DNA of 64,000 bases from an uncultured Faecalibacterium sp. (GTDB taxonomy: Bacteria; Bacillota; Clostridia; Christensenellales; Aristaeellaceae). Positions 36,310 to 44,854 of the stretch are shown here, piece after piece. Both the position numbers and the translations under genes were made by a program. Every line of letters starts with the position of its first letter. Position 1 is the first letter of the stretch. The notes beneath the pieces are model-generated. The model made no database searches and had not been told where the DNA came from. It saw only the letters and a program-made list of their open reading frames with translations. The stretch spans positions 3,679 to 67,678 of the forward strand of contig CAZIUA010000003.1 in NCBI GenBank assembly GCA_964542315.1, read 5' to 3'.

Positions 36310-37878
36310 ATGAGCATCCTGTCCCGGGATTTCCTCATTTTGGTCACGGTGCTGACCGCAGTGAACTACATCCTGCCTGTGCGATGGCGCTGGATGGCGT
36401 TGCTGGCGGGCAGCATGGTTTTTTATGCCGGTGCGGGCTGGCAGGGGCTGGCCTATCTGGGCGTGGTGACGCTGCTGACCTGGCTGGGCGGATGGTGTCT
36501 GGGCGCGAACTGCAAAAAGGAAAAGGCCGCGTCCCAGGAGGGCGACAAGGCAGAGGCGTACCGCATCAGGCGCCGCCGCAAATGGGCGCAGGCGCTCATC
36601 GTGACTCTCGTCATCGGCGGTATGGCCGTCATCAAGTATGCCGATCTGCTCCACGCAGGGGTGAATGCGCTGTACATGGCCCTTGTGGATGGCGCGAAGA
36701 CGCTGGACGCATGGTCACTCTTCGTCCCCCTGGGGCTGAGCTATTTCACCTTTCAGAGCGTGGGCTATGTGGTGGATTGCGCCCGGGGCAAGGTGCATCC
36801 GGAGAAAAATCCGCTGCGCTACCTGCTCTTTGTGTCCTTCTTTCCGCAGATCACCCAGGGCCCTATCACCACCTGGCAGCAGCTGGCGCCTCAGCTGCGC
36901 GAACCGGCGCGGTTTGAGCCGTCCGCCTTTGTGGCGGGCTTCCAGCTGGCGATGTGGGGCTATTTCAAAAAGCTGGTGCTGGCCGATCGTCTCGCCACGG
37001 TGACGGACTACATCACCAGGGGCAAGGCGATGCCCGGCTGGCTCATCCTGCTGGGTGTGGCGCTCTATACCATCCGCCTCTATGCGGATTTCTCCGGCGG
37101 CATGGATGTCATTCGCGGCGCGGCGAAGATGCTGGGCATCGACATGGCGGAGAACTTCCGCCGGCCGTTCTTCTCCACCAGCGTGGCGGAATACTGGCGG
37201 CGGTGGCATATCTCTCTGGGCACATGGTTCCGCACCTACCTGTTCTACCCGCTGACGACCTCGCGCTTCGGCCTGGCACTGTCCCGCGGGGGACAGAAGC
37301 TCTTCGGCAAGAAGGTCGGACGCATGCTGCCCGGCGCGATGGCGACCTTCATCATCTTCCTGCTCATCGGCATCTGGCATACCGCCAACTGGAACGCCGT
37401 GATCTACGGGGCGTATTTCGGCGTGCTGCTCAGTGCGGCGCTGCTGATCGAGCCGCTGCTGAAAAAGCTGCGGACGCGCCTGCACATCCCGGTCAAGAGC
37501 TGGTGGTGGAAGGGCATCGGGCTCATCCGCACCTGGCTGATGATCCTCCTGCCGCAGTATTTCGCCTTCACCGCCGGGCCGGAAAAGGGCTGGGGGCTGC
37601 TGTGCGCGACCTTCCGCAACTGGACGTTCACCGGCGCGGCAAAGGCCGTCAGCGCCGTCATGGATCCGCTGGAATGGTACATCGCCCTGATCGCGATGGG
37701 CATCGTGTTTGTTGTGGATCTGCTGTGTGAGCGCAAGGTGGATGTCAATGGGCGGCTGGCGCGCGGGAGCTTCCTCATCCGCTGGCCGATCCTCATCGCG
37801 CTGATCATGGCGACGCTGGTGTTCGGCTGCTACGGCGCGGGCTTTGATGCCTCCGCGTTCCTGTATACGCAATTTTAA
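36310..37878 (+). CDS. MBOAT family O-acyltransferase (DltB/AlgI-like, long form)
   Basis: Polytopic. RRWHISLGTWFRTYLFYPL and the conserved histidine context IGIWHTANWN. Confidence 0.85.
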   Translation: MSILSRDFLILVTVLTAVNYILPVRWRWMALLAGSMVFYAGAGWQGLAYLGVVTLLTWLGGWCLGANCKKEKAASQEGDKAEAYRIRRRRKWAQALIVTLVIGGMAVIKYADLLHAGVNALYMALVDGAKTLDAWSLFVPLGLSYFTFQSVGYVVDCARGKVHPEKNPLRYLLFVSFFPQITQGPITTWQQLAPQLREPARFEPSAFVAGFQLAMWGYFKKLVLADRLATVTDYITRGKAMPGWLILLGVALYTIRLYADFSGGMDVIRGAAKMLGIDMAENFRRPFFSTSVAEYWRRWHISLGTWFRTYLFYPLTTSRFGLALSRGGQKLFGKKVGRMLPGAMATFIIFLLIGIWHTANWNAVIYGAYFGVLLSAALLIEPLLKKLRTRLHIPVKSWWWKGIGLIRTWLMILLPQYFAFTAGPEKGWGLLCATFRNWTFTGAAKAVSAVMDPLEWYIALIAMGIVFVVDLLCERKVDVNGRLARGSFLIRWPILIALIMATLVFGCYGAGFDASAFLYTQF

Positions 37879-37890
37879 GGAGGGTCAAGG

Positions 37891-38931
37891 TTGGCACGAA
37901 TGAAAAAGATCATGGGCTTCTGGCTGCGGCTGGCGGCCTTCATGCTGCTGCTCCTCCTGACGATGGGCTATACGGTGTATGTCCTCACCCCCAAGCATGA
38001 TTACGGCATATGCCCGATCACCAACCTGTATCAGCAGGAGGCGGACACGGTGGATGTCCTCGTGCTGGGGACGAGCTGTGGATATTCGGGCGTGAACACC
38101 AATGTGCTCTGGACGGAATACGGCATTGCGGTGTATAACCTCTGCGGTGCTGAGCAGCCCTACTGGATCAGCTACTATTATCTGGAGGAGGCGCTGAAGA
38201 CGCAGACGCCCAAGCTGATCCTGGTGGACGCGAAGGCCTCCATCTATCAGGATGACTATTCCAAGCGCGGCCGGACGATCCTGTCCACCTACGGCATCCG
38301 CTCGCTGATCACGCGCATGAATGCCATTGCGGCCTGCGTCAGGGCGGAGGATTTCCTCGACTATGCCCTGGCCTTCCCCAAGCTGCACAGCTATTACAGC
38401 AATGTGAAGGCGGAGAACTTCGTCTATCCGCCGACGAACAGGGGACGCGGCGCGCACTGGAAGGGCTATATCGAGATGGACGCGACGCAGCAGCACGAGC
38501 GGCCGTCTCTGGTGTGGACGAACACCCGGCGCACCATCAATGCGCGCCAGAAGACGTATTTTGAAAAGCTGCTGACCCTCGCGCAGGCGCATGACATCCC
38601 CGTGATGCTGGTGGGCTTCCCGAATCCGGATTACGAGAACGACCACATGTACTTCAACACCCTGTGGAGCATCGCGGAGGAATACGGCATCCGCTGTGTG
38701 AATTACAACGATCCCGAAGAGGATCTGGATCTGCGCTATGCGTCGGATTTCGCGGACTGGCAGCACCTGAACGTCAAGGGCAGCGTGACCTTCTCGCGCC
38801 GCCTGGGCAGCGATCTGCGCGATATGTTCGACCTGCCCGACCGCCGGAACGATCCGGCCTATGATACCTGGCAGCAATGCGCGGACGACTGGTATGCCAA
38901 GTATCCCCAATACGCCCCGAAGGAGGAATAA
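37891..38931 (+). CDS. membrane-anchored DltD-like / SGNH-like protein
   Basis: N-terminal TM segment, VLVLGTS near the start, and C-terminal DWQHLNVKG resembling the DltD D-x-x-H-L-x-x-K-G block. The start is TTG at 37891 (8 nt after GGAGG) or ATG at 37900. Confidence 0.55.
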   Translation: MARMKKIMGFWLRLAAFMLLLLLTMGYTVYVLTPKHDYGICPITNLYQQEADTVDVLVLGTSCGYSGVNTNVLWTEYGIAVYNLCGAEQPYWISYYYLEEALKTQTPKLILVDAKASIYQDDYSKRGRTILSTYGIRSLITRMNAIAACVRAEDFLDYALAFPKLHSYYSNVKAENFVYPPTNRGRGAHWKGYIEMDATQQHERPSLVWTNTRRTINARQKTYFEKLLTLAQAHDIPVMLVGFPNPDYENDHMYFNTLWSIAEEYGIRCVNYNDPEEDLDLRYASDFADWQHLNVKGSVTFSRRLGSDLRDMFDLPDRRNDPAYDTWQQCADDWYAKYPQYAPKEE

Positions 38932-38934
38932 ACA

Positions 38935-40443
38935 ATGGTCGGCAATGTGCTGGAATATCTGGAGCATGCGGCGGTCACATGGCCGGATCGCGTGGCATTC
39001 GCGGACGAAAAGGAGCACCTGACCTTCGCCCGGCTGGAGGACACAGCGCGCCGGGTCGGCACGGCGGTGTCGGCGCATGCGCAGCAGCGTCAGCCGGTGG
39101 CGGTGGTGATGACGGACCGCAGCGTGCGCTGTGTGGCCGGGCTGCTGGGCGTGACGTATGCCGGCTGCCCCTATGCGCCGCTGGATGCGGCCATGCCGGC
39201 GGAGCGGCTGCAGATCATCCTTGATCAGCTGGAACCGGCGGCCATCCTTTGCGATGCGGACACCCGTCAGGTGGTGGAAAGCGTCCGCACGGCTTGTCCG
39301 GTGATCCTGTATGAGAAGGCAGCGGCATCCGAACGGGACGACGCGCGCCTGGCGGACATCCGCAGCCGGGACAGCGTGTATGACATCCTCTCCATCCTCT
39401 TCACCAGCGGCTCCACCGGCGTCCCCAAGGGCGTGGCGCAGAGCCAGTTCAGCTATGTGATGTACACCGAGGCCACGGTGGACAAGTATACCTTCACCCA
39501 TGATACGGTCTTTGGCAATCAGTCCCCGTTCTTCTATGCCAATTCCATCATCGATATCTTTCCGCCGCTTATGCTGGGCGCGAGGGTGTATATCCTGCCT
39601 GCACGCTGCCTGTCCTTCCCGCGCATGCTGGTGGAACAGCTCCGCGAGCAGCATATCACCGAGCTGACCATGACGCCCTCGAGCTATGTCAAGGCGGCGC
39701 AGGCCGGTGTGCTGGCGGAGAACAGCCTGCCCGAACTGGAATACATCATCCTTTCCGGTGAGGCGGCGCACTGGCAGACCCTCCAGTGCTGGATGAAGGC
39801 CGCTCCGAATGCAGGCGTGTGGAATTTCTACGGCTCGACGGAGGTGTTCTCCGTGGCGGTGTGGCGCATCGACCGTGAATTCGCCGAGGATGAGGTCATC
39901 CCCGTGGGCGTTCCCTTTGCCCCGGTGGAGGTACTGATCCTGGATGAGGACGGTCAGCCCGTTCTGCGCGGCGAGCGGGGGGAGATGTTCATCAGCAATC
40001 CCTGGCTGTGCTCCGGCTATTACCGGGACGAAACGCGCACGCAGGCGGCCTTTACGGTGGATCCGCTGGGACGCGGCTATCACACCCGGTATTACCGCAC
40101 GGGCGATATCGGCTGCATCGGTCAGGATGGCGTGCTGACTGTGCTGGGCCGCAAGGACAGCCAGATCAAGCGCGCGGGCTACCGCATGGAGATCGGCGAG
40201 GTGGAGGCTGCACTGCACAGCATCCCCGGCTGGGAGAACGGCTGCGTGCTGTATGACCGGGAGAGCGGCAAGCTCTGCTGCTTCTGGGAAGGTGCGCTGG
40301 GGCAGAAGGAAATCCAGGCGGCGCTGAAGAAGCAGCTGCCCCGTTACGCCCTGCCGGATACCTACATCCATGTGGATGAAATGCCCTACACGGCGAATAT
40401 GAAGATTGATCGCGTCCGGCTCAGGAAGATGATGCAGGCTTGA
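38935..40443 (+). CDS. second stand-alone adenylation enzyme (adenylase 2)
   Basis: ILSILFTSGSTGVPKGV, YGSTE, YRTGDI, GRKDSQIKRAGYRMEIGEVE, ANMKIDR. Has LSGE where adenylase 1 and DltA have FCGE. Confidence 0.85.
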   Translation: MVGNVLEYLEHAAVTWPDRVAFADEKEHLTFARLEDTARRVGTAVSAHAQQRQPVAVVMTDRSVRCVAGLLGVTYAGCPYAPLDAAMPAERLQIILDQLEPAAILCDADTRQVVESVRTACPVILYEKAAASERDDARLADIRSRDSVYDILSILFTSGSTGVPKGVAQSQFSYVMYTEATVDKYTFTHDTVFGNQSPFFYANSIIDIFPPLMLGARVYILPARCLSFPRMLVEQLREQHITELTMTPSSYVKAAQAGVLAENSLPELEYIILSGEAAHWQTLQCWMKAAPNAGVWNFYGSTEVFSVAVWRIDREFAEDEVIPVGVPFAPVEVLILDEDGQPVLRGERGEMFISNPWLCSGYYRDETRTQAAFTVDPLGRGYHTRYYRTGDIGCIGQDGVLTVLGRKDSQIKRAGYRMEIGEVEAALHSIPGWENGCVLYDRESGKLCCFWEGALGQKEIQAALKKQLPRYALPDTYIHVDEMPYTANMKIDRVRLRKMMQA

Positions 40444-40449
40444 TCGCAT

Positions 40450-40481
40450 GCGGCGGAGGAGAGATGCTTCCGCCGCTTTTT
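40450..40481 (+). terminator. rho-independent terminator of the Dlt-like operon
   Basis: GCGGCGGA-loop-TCCGCCGC followed by TTTTT. Confidence 0.75.
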
Positions 40482-40498
40482 ATGTTGCGCATTCCTGT

Positions 40499-40527
40499 TT
40501 GATAATGCGCGCGGAGTATGGTATAAT
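40499..40527 (+). promoter_or_regulatory. sigma-A type promoter with extended -10
   Basis: TTGATA, 17-nt spacer ending in TGG, TATAAT. Confidence 0.6.
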
Positions 40528-40575
40528 GGGCGTATCATCCGCCGGCGGATCGTGCCGGAGAGAAAATGGAGTTGA

Positions 40576-41481
40576 ATGAAAATGGCAGCATATCTTTTTG
40601 TGCATTTCACGGGAGAAAAACCCGGCGGCGAACAGGTGTATTTCGCCGTCAGCCGCGATGGCCTGCACTGGCAGGATCTCCATGGCGAACAGCCCGTCCT
40701 GCGCTCGGATCTGGGTGACAAGGGCGTCCGCGATCCCTATATCGTGCGGCATCCCGTGACGGGCATGTATCACCTGATCGCGACGGACCTGTGCATGCAC
40801 GCCCGTCAGCATGACTGGAACGGCGCTGTGCATGCCGGCAGCCGCGACGTGATCATCTGGGATTCGCCCGACCTGGTGAACTGGTCTGCGCCGCGTGCGG
40901 TGACGGTCGCGCCGGAGGGGGCCGGATGCGCCTGGGCGCCCGAGGCGGTCTGGGATGCCGACAAGCAGGCCTTCCTGCTGTTCTTCGCCTCCTATACCGA
41001 GGAGGCGGATGGCGGACGGCATCGCATCTATGCGGCCTATACCGCGGATTTCGTCACCTTCGAGCTGACCTTCAAGTACATCGAGCGCGCGTGCAGCGTC
41101 ATCGATACCACCATCGTGTGGGAAAACGGCATGTACTACCGCTTCTCCAAGAATGAGGTGAGCAAGCACATCCAGGTGGATCAGGGCGCACAGCTGACGG
41201 GCGACTTCACGCTGGTGGACTGCCCCGTGCTGGATGCCATGCCCGGCCTGGAAGGCCCGGAGTGCTATCAGCTGCCCGATGGCCGCTGGTGCCTGATCTG
41301 CGACCAGTATGCGGCCGGCAAGGGCTATCTGCCCATCCTCATCGATGACCTGACCCGCATGGATCCCAAGCCCATGCAGCCCGGCGAATACGACCTGGGG
41401 CATGCGCTCAAGCGCCATGGCGGCGTGCTGCAGATCGATGACGAGGCGTATGAGCGCCTGGTGCGGCATTACGGCCTGTGA
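40576..41481 (+). CDS. GH43 family glycoside hydrolase, cytoplasmic (no signal peptide)
   Basis: Five-bladed propeller hallmarks: VRDPYI (catalytic Asp context), AWAPEAVW, LEGPECY (catalytic Glu context). Confidence 0.75.
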   Translation: MKMAAYLFVHFTGEKPGGEQVYFAVSRDGLHWQDLHGEQPVLRSDLGDKGVRDPYIVRHPVTGMYHLIATDLCMHARQHDWNGAVHAGSRDVIIWDSPDLVNWSAPRAVTVAPEGAGCAWAPEAVWDADKQAFLLFFASYTEEADGGRHRIYAAYTADFVTFELTFKYIERACSVIDTTIVWENGMYYRFSKNEVSKHIQVDQGAQLTGDFTLVDCPVLDAMPGLEGPECYQLPDGRWCLICDQYAAGKGYLPILIDDLTRMDPKPMQPGEYDLGHALKRHGGVLQIDDEAYERLVRHYGL

Positions 41482-41496
41482 CGGAGGACAAAACGG

Positions 41497-43671
41497 ATGT
41501 ACACGCTGGATCTGCGCCGGATGGCGCCGAAAATGATCGAACCGCTGGGGGAGAAGTTCTCCGGATGCGCGCCGGATGGCCGGGAGATCGGCTTCACCAA
41601 TTATTACATGACCCGCAAGGACTGCGGCGCATCCGGTATGAGCCCCTTCTACGGCATCAGCGGCGAAATGCATTATTGCCGCGTGTCCCCCGACCAGTGG
41701 GAGGACGCGGTCATCAAGATGAAATGCGGCGGCATCAACATCATCAGCACCTATGCGTTTTGGATCGTCCACGAGGAGGAGGAAGGCGTCTTCCGCTTCG
41801 ATGGCTGCCGCGATGTGCGGCGCTTCCTGAGCATCTGCCAGAAGCACGGGATGATGGTCATTATGCGGATGGGGCCGTTCTGCCACGGCGAATTCCGCAA
41901 TGGCGGCCTGCCGGACTGGCTGTATGGCAAGCCCTATGACGTGCGCGACACCGATCCGGGATTCCTGGAGGCGGTGCGGCGGTATTTCCGCGCCATGCAC
42001 GCGCAGATGGACGGATACTACTACGCGCAGGGCGGATGCATCATCGCCGCGCAGATCGAGAATGAATACCGGCATTCCTCCGCACCGTGGGAGATCACCA
42101 CGGGCATTTCGTCCGAATGGGTCAATGGCGGGCATTCCGGGGAGGAATATCTGCTGGCCCTCAAGCGGATCATGCAGGAGGAGGGCATCGTCACGCCGTT
42201 CTATACCGTCACGGCCTGGGGCGGTGCGGTCACGCCGGTGGAGGAGGCACTGCCCTTGTGGGGCGGGTATTCCTACTGGCCGTGGATCTTCTACAACAAA
42301 ACGGGGCCGCATCCCGCGACGGATTCCTACATCTACCGCGACTATCATAACAATGCCGTCGCCTGGCCGGGCGAAACGCTGACCTATCCGCCGGAATCGC
42401 GTCCCTTTGCCTGCTGCGAGATGATGGGCGGCATGATGTGCTCCTACAACTACCGCTTCCAGCTGGATATGCGTGCGGTGGATGCCATGGCCAACATCAA
42501 GCTCGGCAGCGGCTGCAATCTCCTGGGGTATTACATGTACAAGGGCGGCACGCATCCCACCGGCCGGCGGACACCCTTCCTCAACGAGGGGCAGGTCAGC
42601 AAGCGCAGCTATGATTATCAGGCGGCACTGGGGGAATTCGGCCAGGTGCGGGAGAGCTACGGCAGGCTGAAGGCGCTGCATGCCTTCTGCCAGACCTTCT
42701 CCGGCCTGCTGGAGGAAACGAAGACCGTCCTGCCGGAGCACCTCGCGGCCCTTCAGCCTGAGGATCTGACGCCCCTGCGCTTTGCCGTGCGCGTCAAGGG
42801 GGACAGCGGCTTCCTGTTCGTGAACAATTTCCAGGATCACATCGATATGCACGACCGTCACGGCGATGAAGTATGCCTGCAGCTGCCCGGCGGGGATGTG
42901 ACGTTCCGCTTTGACATCGCGGCGAGGGAAAACGCCGTGCTGCCCTTTGGGGTGATGCTGGGGGATGTGCGGCTGGATCTGGCTACCGCCCAGCCGATCA
43001 CACATATCGGCAGCACCTGGTTCTTCATGGCGCCGGATGGCATGCAGCCTGTGTATGTGATCGGCGGACGCGAATACGCCGTCCAGCCCGGTGAGACGCT
43101 GACGGTGGATGACCTGTGCATCGTCACGCTGACGCGTGCGCAGAGCTGCGGCTTCAGCGTGTATGGGGGAGAGGCGTACCTGTGCGAGCAGCCGCTCCTG
43201 TGGGACGGCCAGAACCTGACGGTGGAAACCGAAACCGGCACGGCTGTCGTGCGGCACTGGGAAAAAGGCGCGTGGCATGCGCGCGTGCTGGGACAGGCGC
43301 ATCCGCAGCAGGACGCGGCCTTCCGCCAGACCGGCGTCGGACGCTATGTGGTGGATGTGCCGCAGGAGGCGCTGACCGGGCATAAGCAGGTGCTGCTGCG
43401 CGTCACCTATCGCGGCGATATCGGGCATGCGTTCATCAACGGGCAGATGATCAGCGACAATTTCAGCAATGGCGCGGTATGGGATGTCCGCCTGGACTGT
43501 TACCGCGAGGAACTCCAGCGCGATCCGCTGACGATCTACATCACCCCCATCAAGGAGCACGTCACGGTGGATGTATCCTCCGCGATGGCCGGGCGGATGG
43601 AGAAGGCCGATGGCCTCAAGGCGGAATTGATCCGCGCAGAGATCGTGCAGGTGGACGAGCTGGAAGGGTGA
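41497..43671 (+). CDS. GH35 beta-galactosidase, cytoplasmic
   Basis: GGINIISTYAFWIVHE, MRMGPFCHGEFRNGGLPDWL, IAAQIENEY (acid/base Glu context). Confidence 0.85.
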   Translation: MYTLDLRRMAPKMIEPLGEKFSGCAPDGREIGFTNYYMTRKDCGASGMSPFYGISGEMHYCRVSPDQWEDAVIKMKCGGINIISTYAFWIVHEEEEGVFRFDGCRDVRRFLSICQKHGMMVIMRMGPFCHGEFRNGGLPDWLYGKPYDVRDTDPGFLEAVRRYFRAMHAQMDGYYYAQGGCIIAAQIENEYRHSSAPWEITTGISSEWVNGGHSGEEYLLALKRIMQEEGIVTPFYTVTAWGGAVTPVEEALPLWGGYSYWPWIFYNKTGPHPATDSYIYRDYHNNAVAWPGETLTYPPESRPFACCEMMGGMMCSYNYRFQLDMRAVDAMANIKLGSGCNLLGYYMYKGGTHPTGRRTPFLNEGQVSKRSYDYQAALGEFGQVRESYGRLKALHAFCQTFSGLLEETKTVLPEHLAALQPEDLTPLRFAVRVKGDSGFLFVNNFQDHIDMHDRHGDEVCLQLPGGDVTFRFDIAARENAVLPFGVMLGDVRLDLATAQPITHIGSTWFFMAPDGMQPVYVIGGREYAVQPGETLTVDDLCIVTLTRAQSCGFSVYGGEAYLCEQPLLWDGQNLTVETETGTAVVRHWEKGAWHARVLGQAHPQQDAAFRQTGVGRYVVDVPQEALTGHKQVLLRVTYRGDIGHAFINGQMISDNFSNGAVWDVRLDCYREELQRDPLTIYITPIKEHVTVDVSSAMAGRMEKADGLKAELIRAEIVQVDELEG

Positions 43672-43747
43672 AGCGGCTCTCCGCCGTTCCACCAAAATAA
43701 ACGAAATCTCCCTCCGGAATCATCATGGTTCCGGAGGGAGGCATTTT

Positions 43748-44851
43748 TTACAGGCTGCCGACGGACAGCAGATCGCCCGAGGCGGTGCTGTACAGGAGCA
43801 TATCCGTGCCGTGGAAGGCCAGGGACACCTCTGTGTCGATGGGGAAGTCCACACTGCCGAAGATCACGCTGGTGACGATCTCGCCGCCCAGGCGCAGCTT
43901 GACGGTGGTCTCCATGCCGGAGGGCAGGGTCGAGTAGACCGAGGCCTTCACGTCGCTGCCGGGGGCGATGGAGATGAACTCCGGGCGCACGCCCAGGGTG
44001 ACTTCCGCCGGGATGTCGCCCAGGGGCTTGTTGCTGGTGAAGGTGCGGGTCAGCCCGCAGAACTGCACCTCGCAGGCGTTTTCGCCGGTCTTGCGCGCCG
44101 TGCCCTTGAGGAAGTTCATCGTGGGGCTGCCCATGAAGTCCGCCACGAAGAGGTTCGCGGGGCGCAGATACATCTCCAACGGCGCAGCGTACTGCTGCAG
44201 CAGGCCCTTTTCCATCAGGCAGACCTTGGTGGAGAGGGTCATGGCTTCCAGCTGGTCATGGGTGACGTAGACGAAGGTGGAATCCGTGTCCACATGGAGG
44301 CGCTTGAGCTCGGTGCGCATCTCGGTGCGCAGCTTGGCATCCAGGTTGGACAGCGGCTCGTCCATGAAGAGCACCTTGGGGTTGGGCGCCAGGGTGCGGG
44401 CGATGGCCACACGCTGCTGCTGACCGCCGGAAAGCTCGCTGGGATAGCGCTTTTCGAATTCCTCGATCTTCAGCATCTTCAGCAGCTCATTGACGCGCTC
44501 GCGGATGCGCTTTTTGTCCCACTTCAGGTTCTCCAGGCCAAAGGCGATGTTCTGGTAGACCGTCATGTGCGGCCACAGGGCGTAATTCTGGAAGAGGAAG
44601 CCCACATCGCGCTTGTTTGGGGGGACGTTGATGCCCTTTTCGGCGGAGAAGACGGTGACGCCGTCGATGAGGATTTCGCCCTCGGTGGGGGTCTCCAGGC
44701 CGGCGATCATACGCAGCGTGGTGGTCTTGCCGCAGCCGGACGGGCCCAGCAGGGTGATGAAGGAGCGCGTGGGGATCGTCAGGTTCAGGTTGTCCACCGC
44801 GACGAACTTGCCAAAGCGCTTCGTGACATTTTTCAGGATGATCTCAGGCAT
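43748..44851 (-). CDS. ABC transporter ATP-binding protein (MalK/UgpC/PotA-like, with a C-terminal regulatory/TOBE-type domain)
   Basis: Walker A GPSGCGKTT, signature LSGGQQQRV, Walker B LFMDEPLSNLD. Confidence 0.9.
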   Translation of the reverse strand: MPEIILKNVTKRFGKFVAVDNLNLTIPTRSFITLLGPSGCGKTTTLRMIAGLETPTEGEILIDGVTVFSAEKGINVPPNKRDVGFLFQNYALWPHMTVYQNIAFGLENLKWDKKRIRERVNELLKMLKIEEFEKRYPSELSGGQQQRVAIARTLAPNPKVLFMDEPLSNLDAKLRTEMRTELKRLHVDTDSTFVYVTHDQLEAMTLSTKVCLMEKGLLQQYAAPLEMYLRPANLFVADFMGSPTMNFLKGTARKTGENACEVQFCGLTRTFTSNKPLGDIPAEVTLGVRPEFISIAPGSDVKASVYSTLPSGMETTVKLRLGGEIVTSVIFGSVDFPIDTEVSLAFHGTDMLLYSTASGDLLSVGSL

Positions 44852-44854
44852 GGC

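Noticed and set aside
43748-44851. The idea that this ATPase is the missing energiser of the ATPase-less permease pairs at 7.6-17.4 kb.
   Set aside because: It is translationally linked to its own fused permease and SBP, lies 26 kb away, and is on the opposite strand. A shared MsmX-type ATPase elsewhere in the genome is more likely. The idea is mentioned only as speculation.
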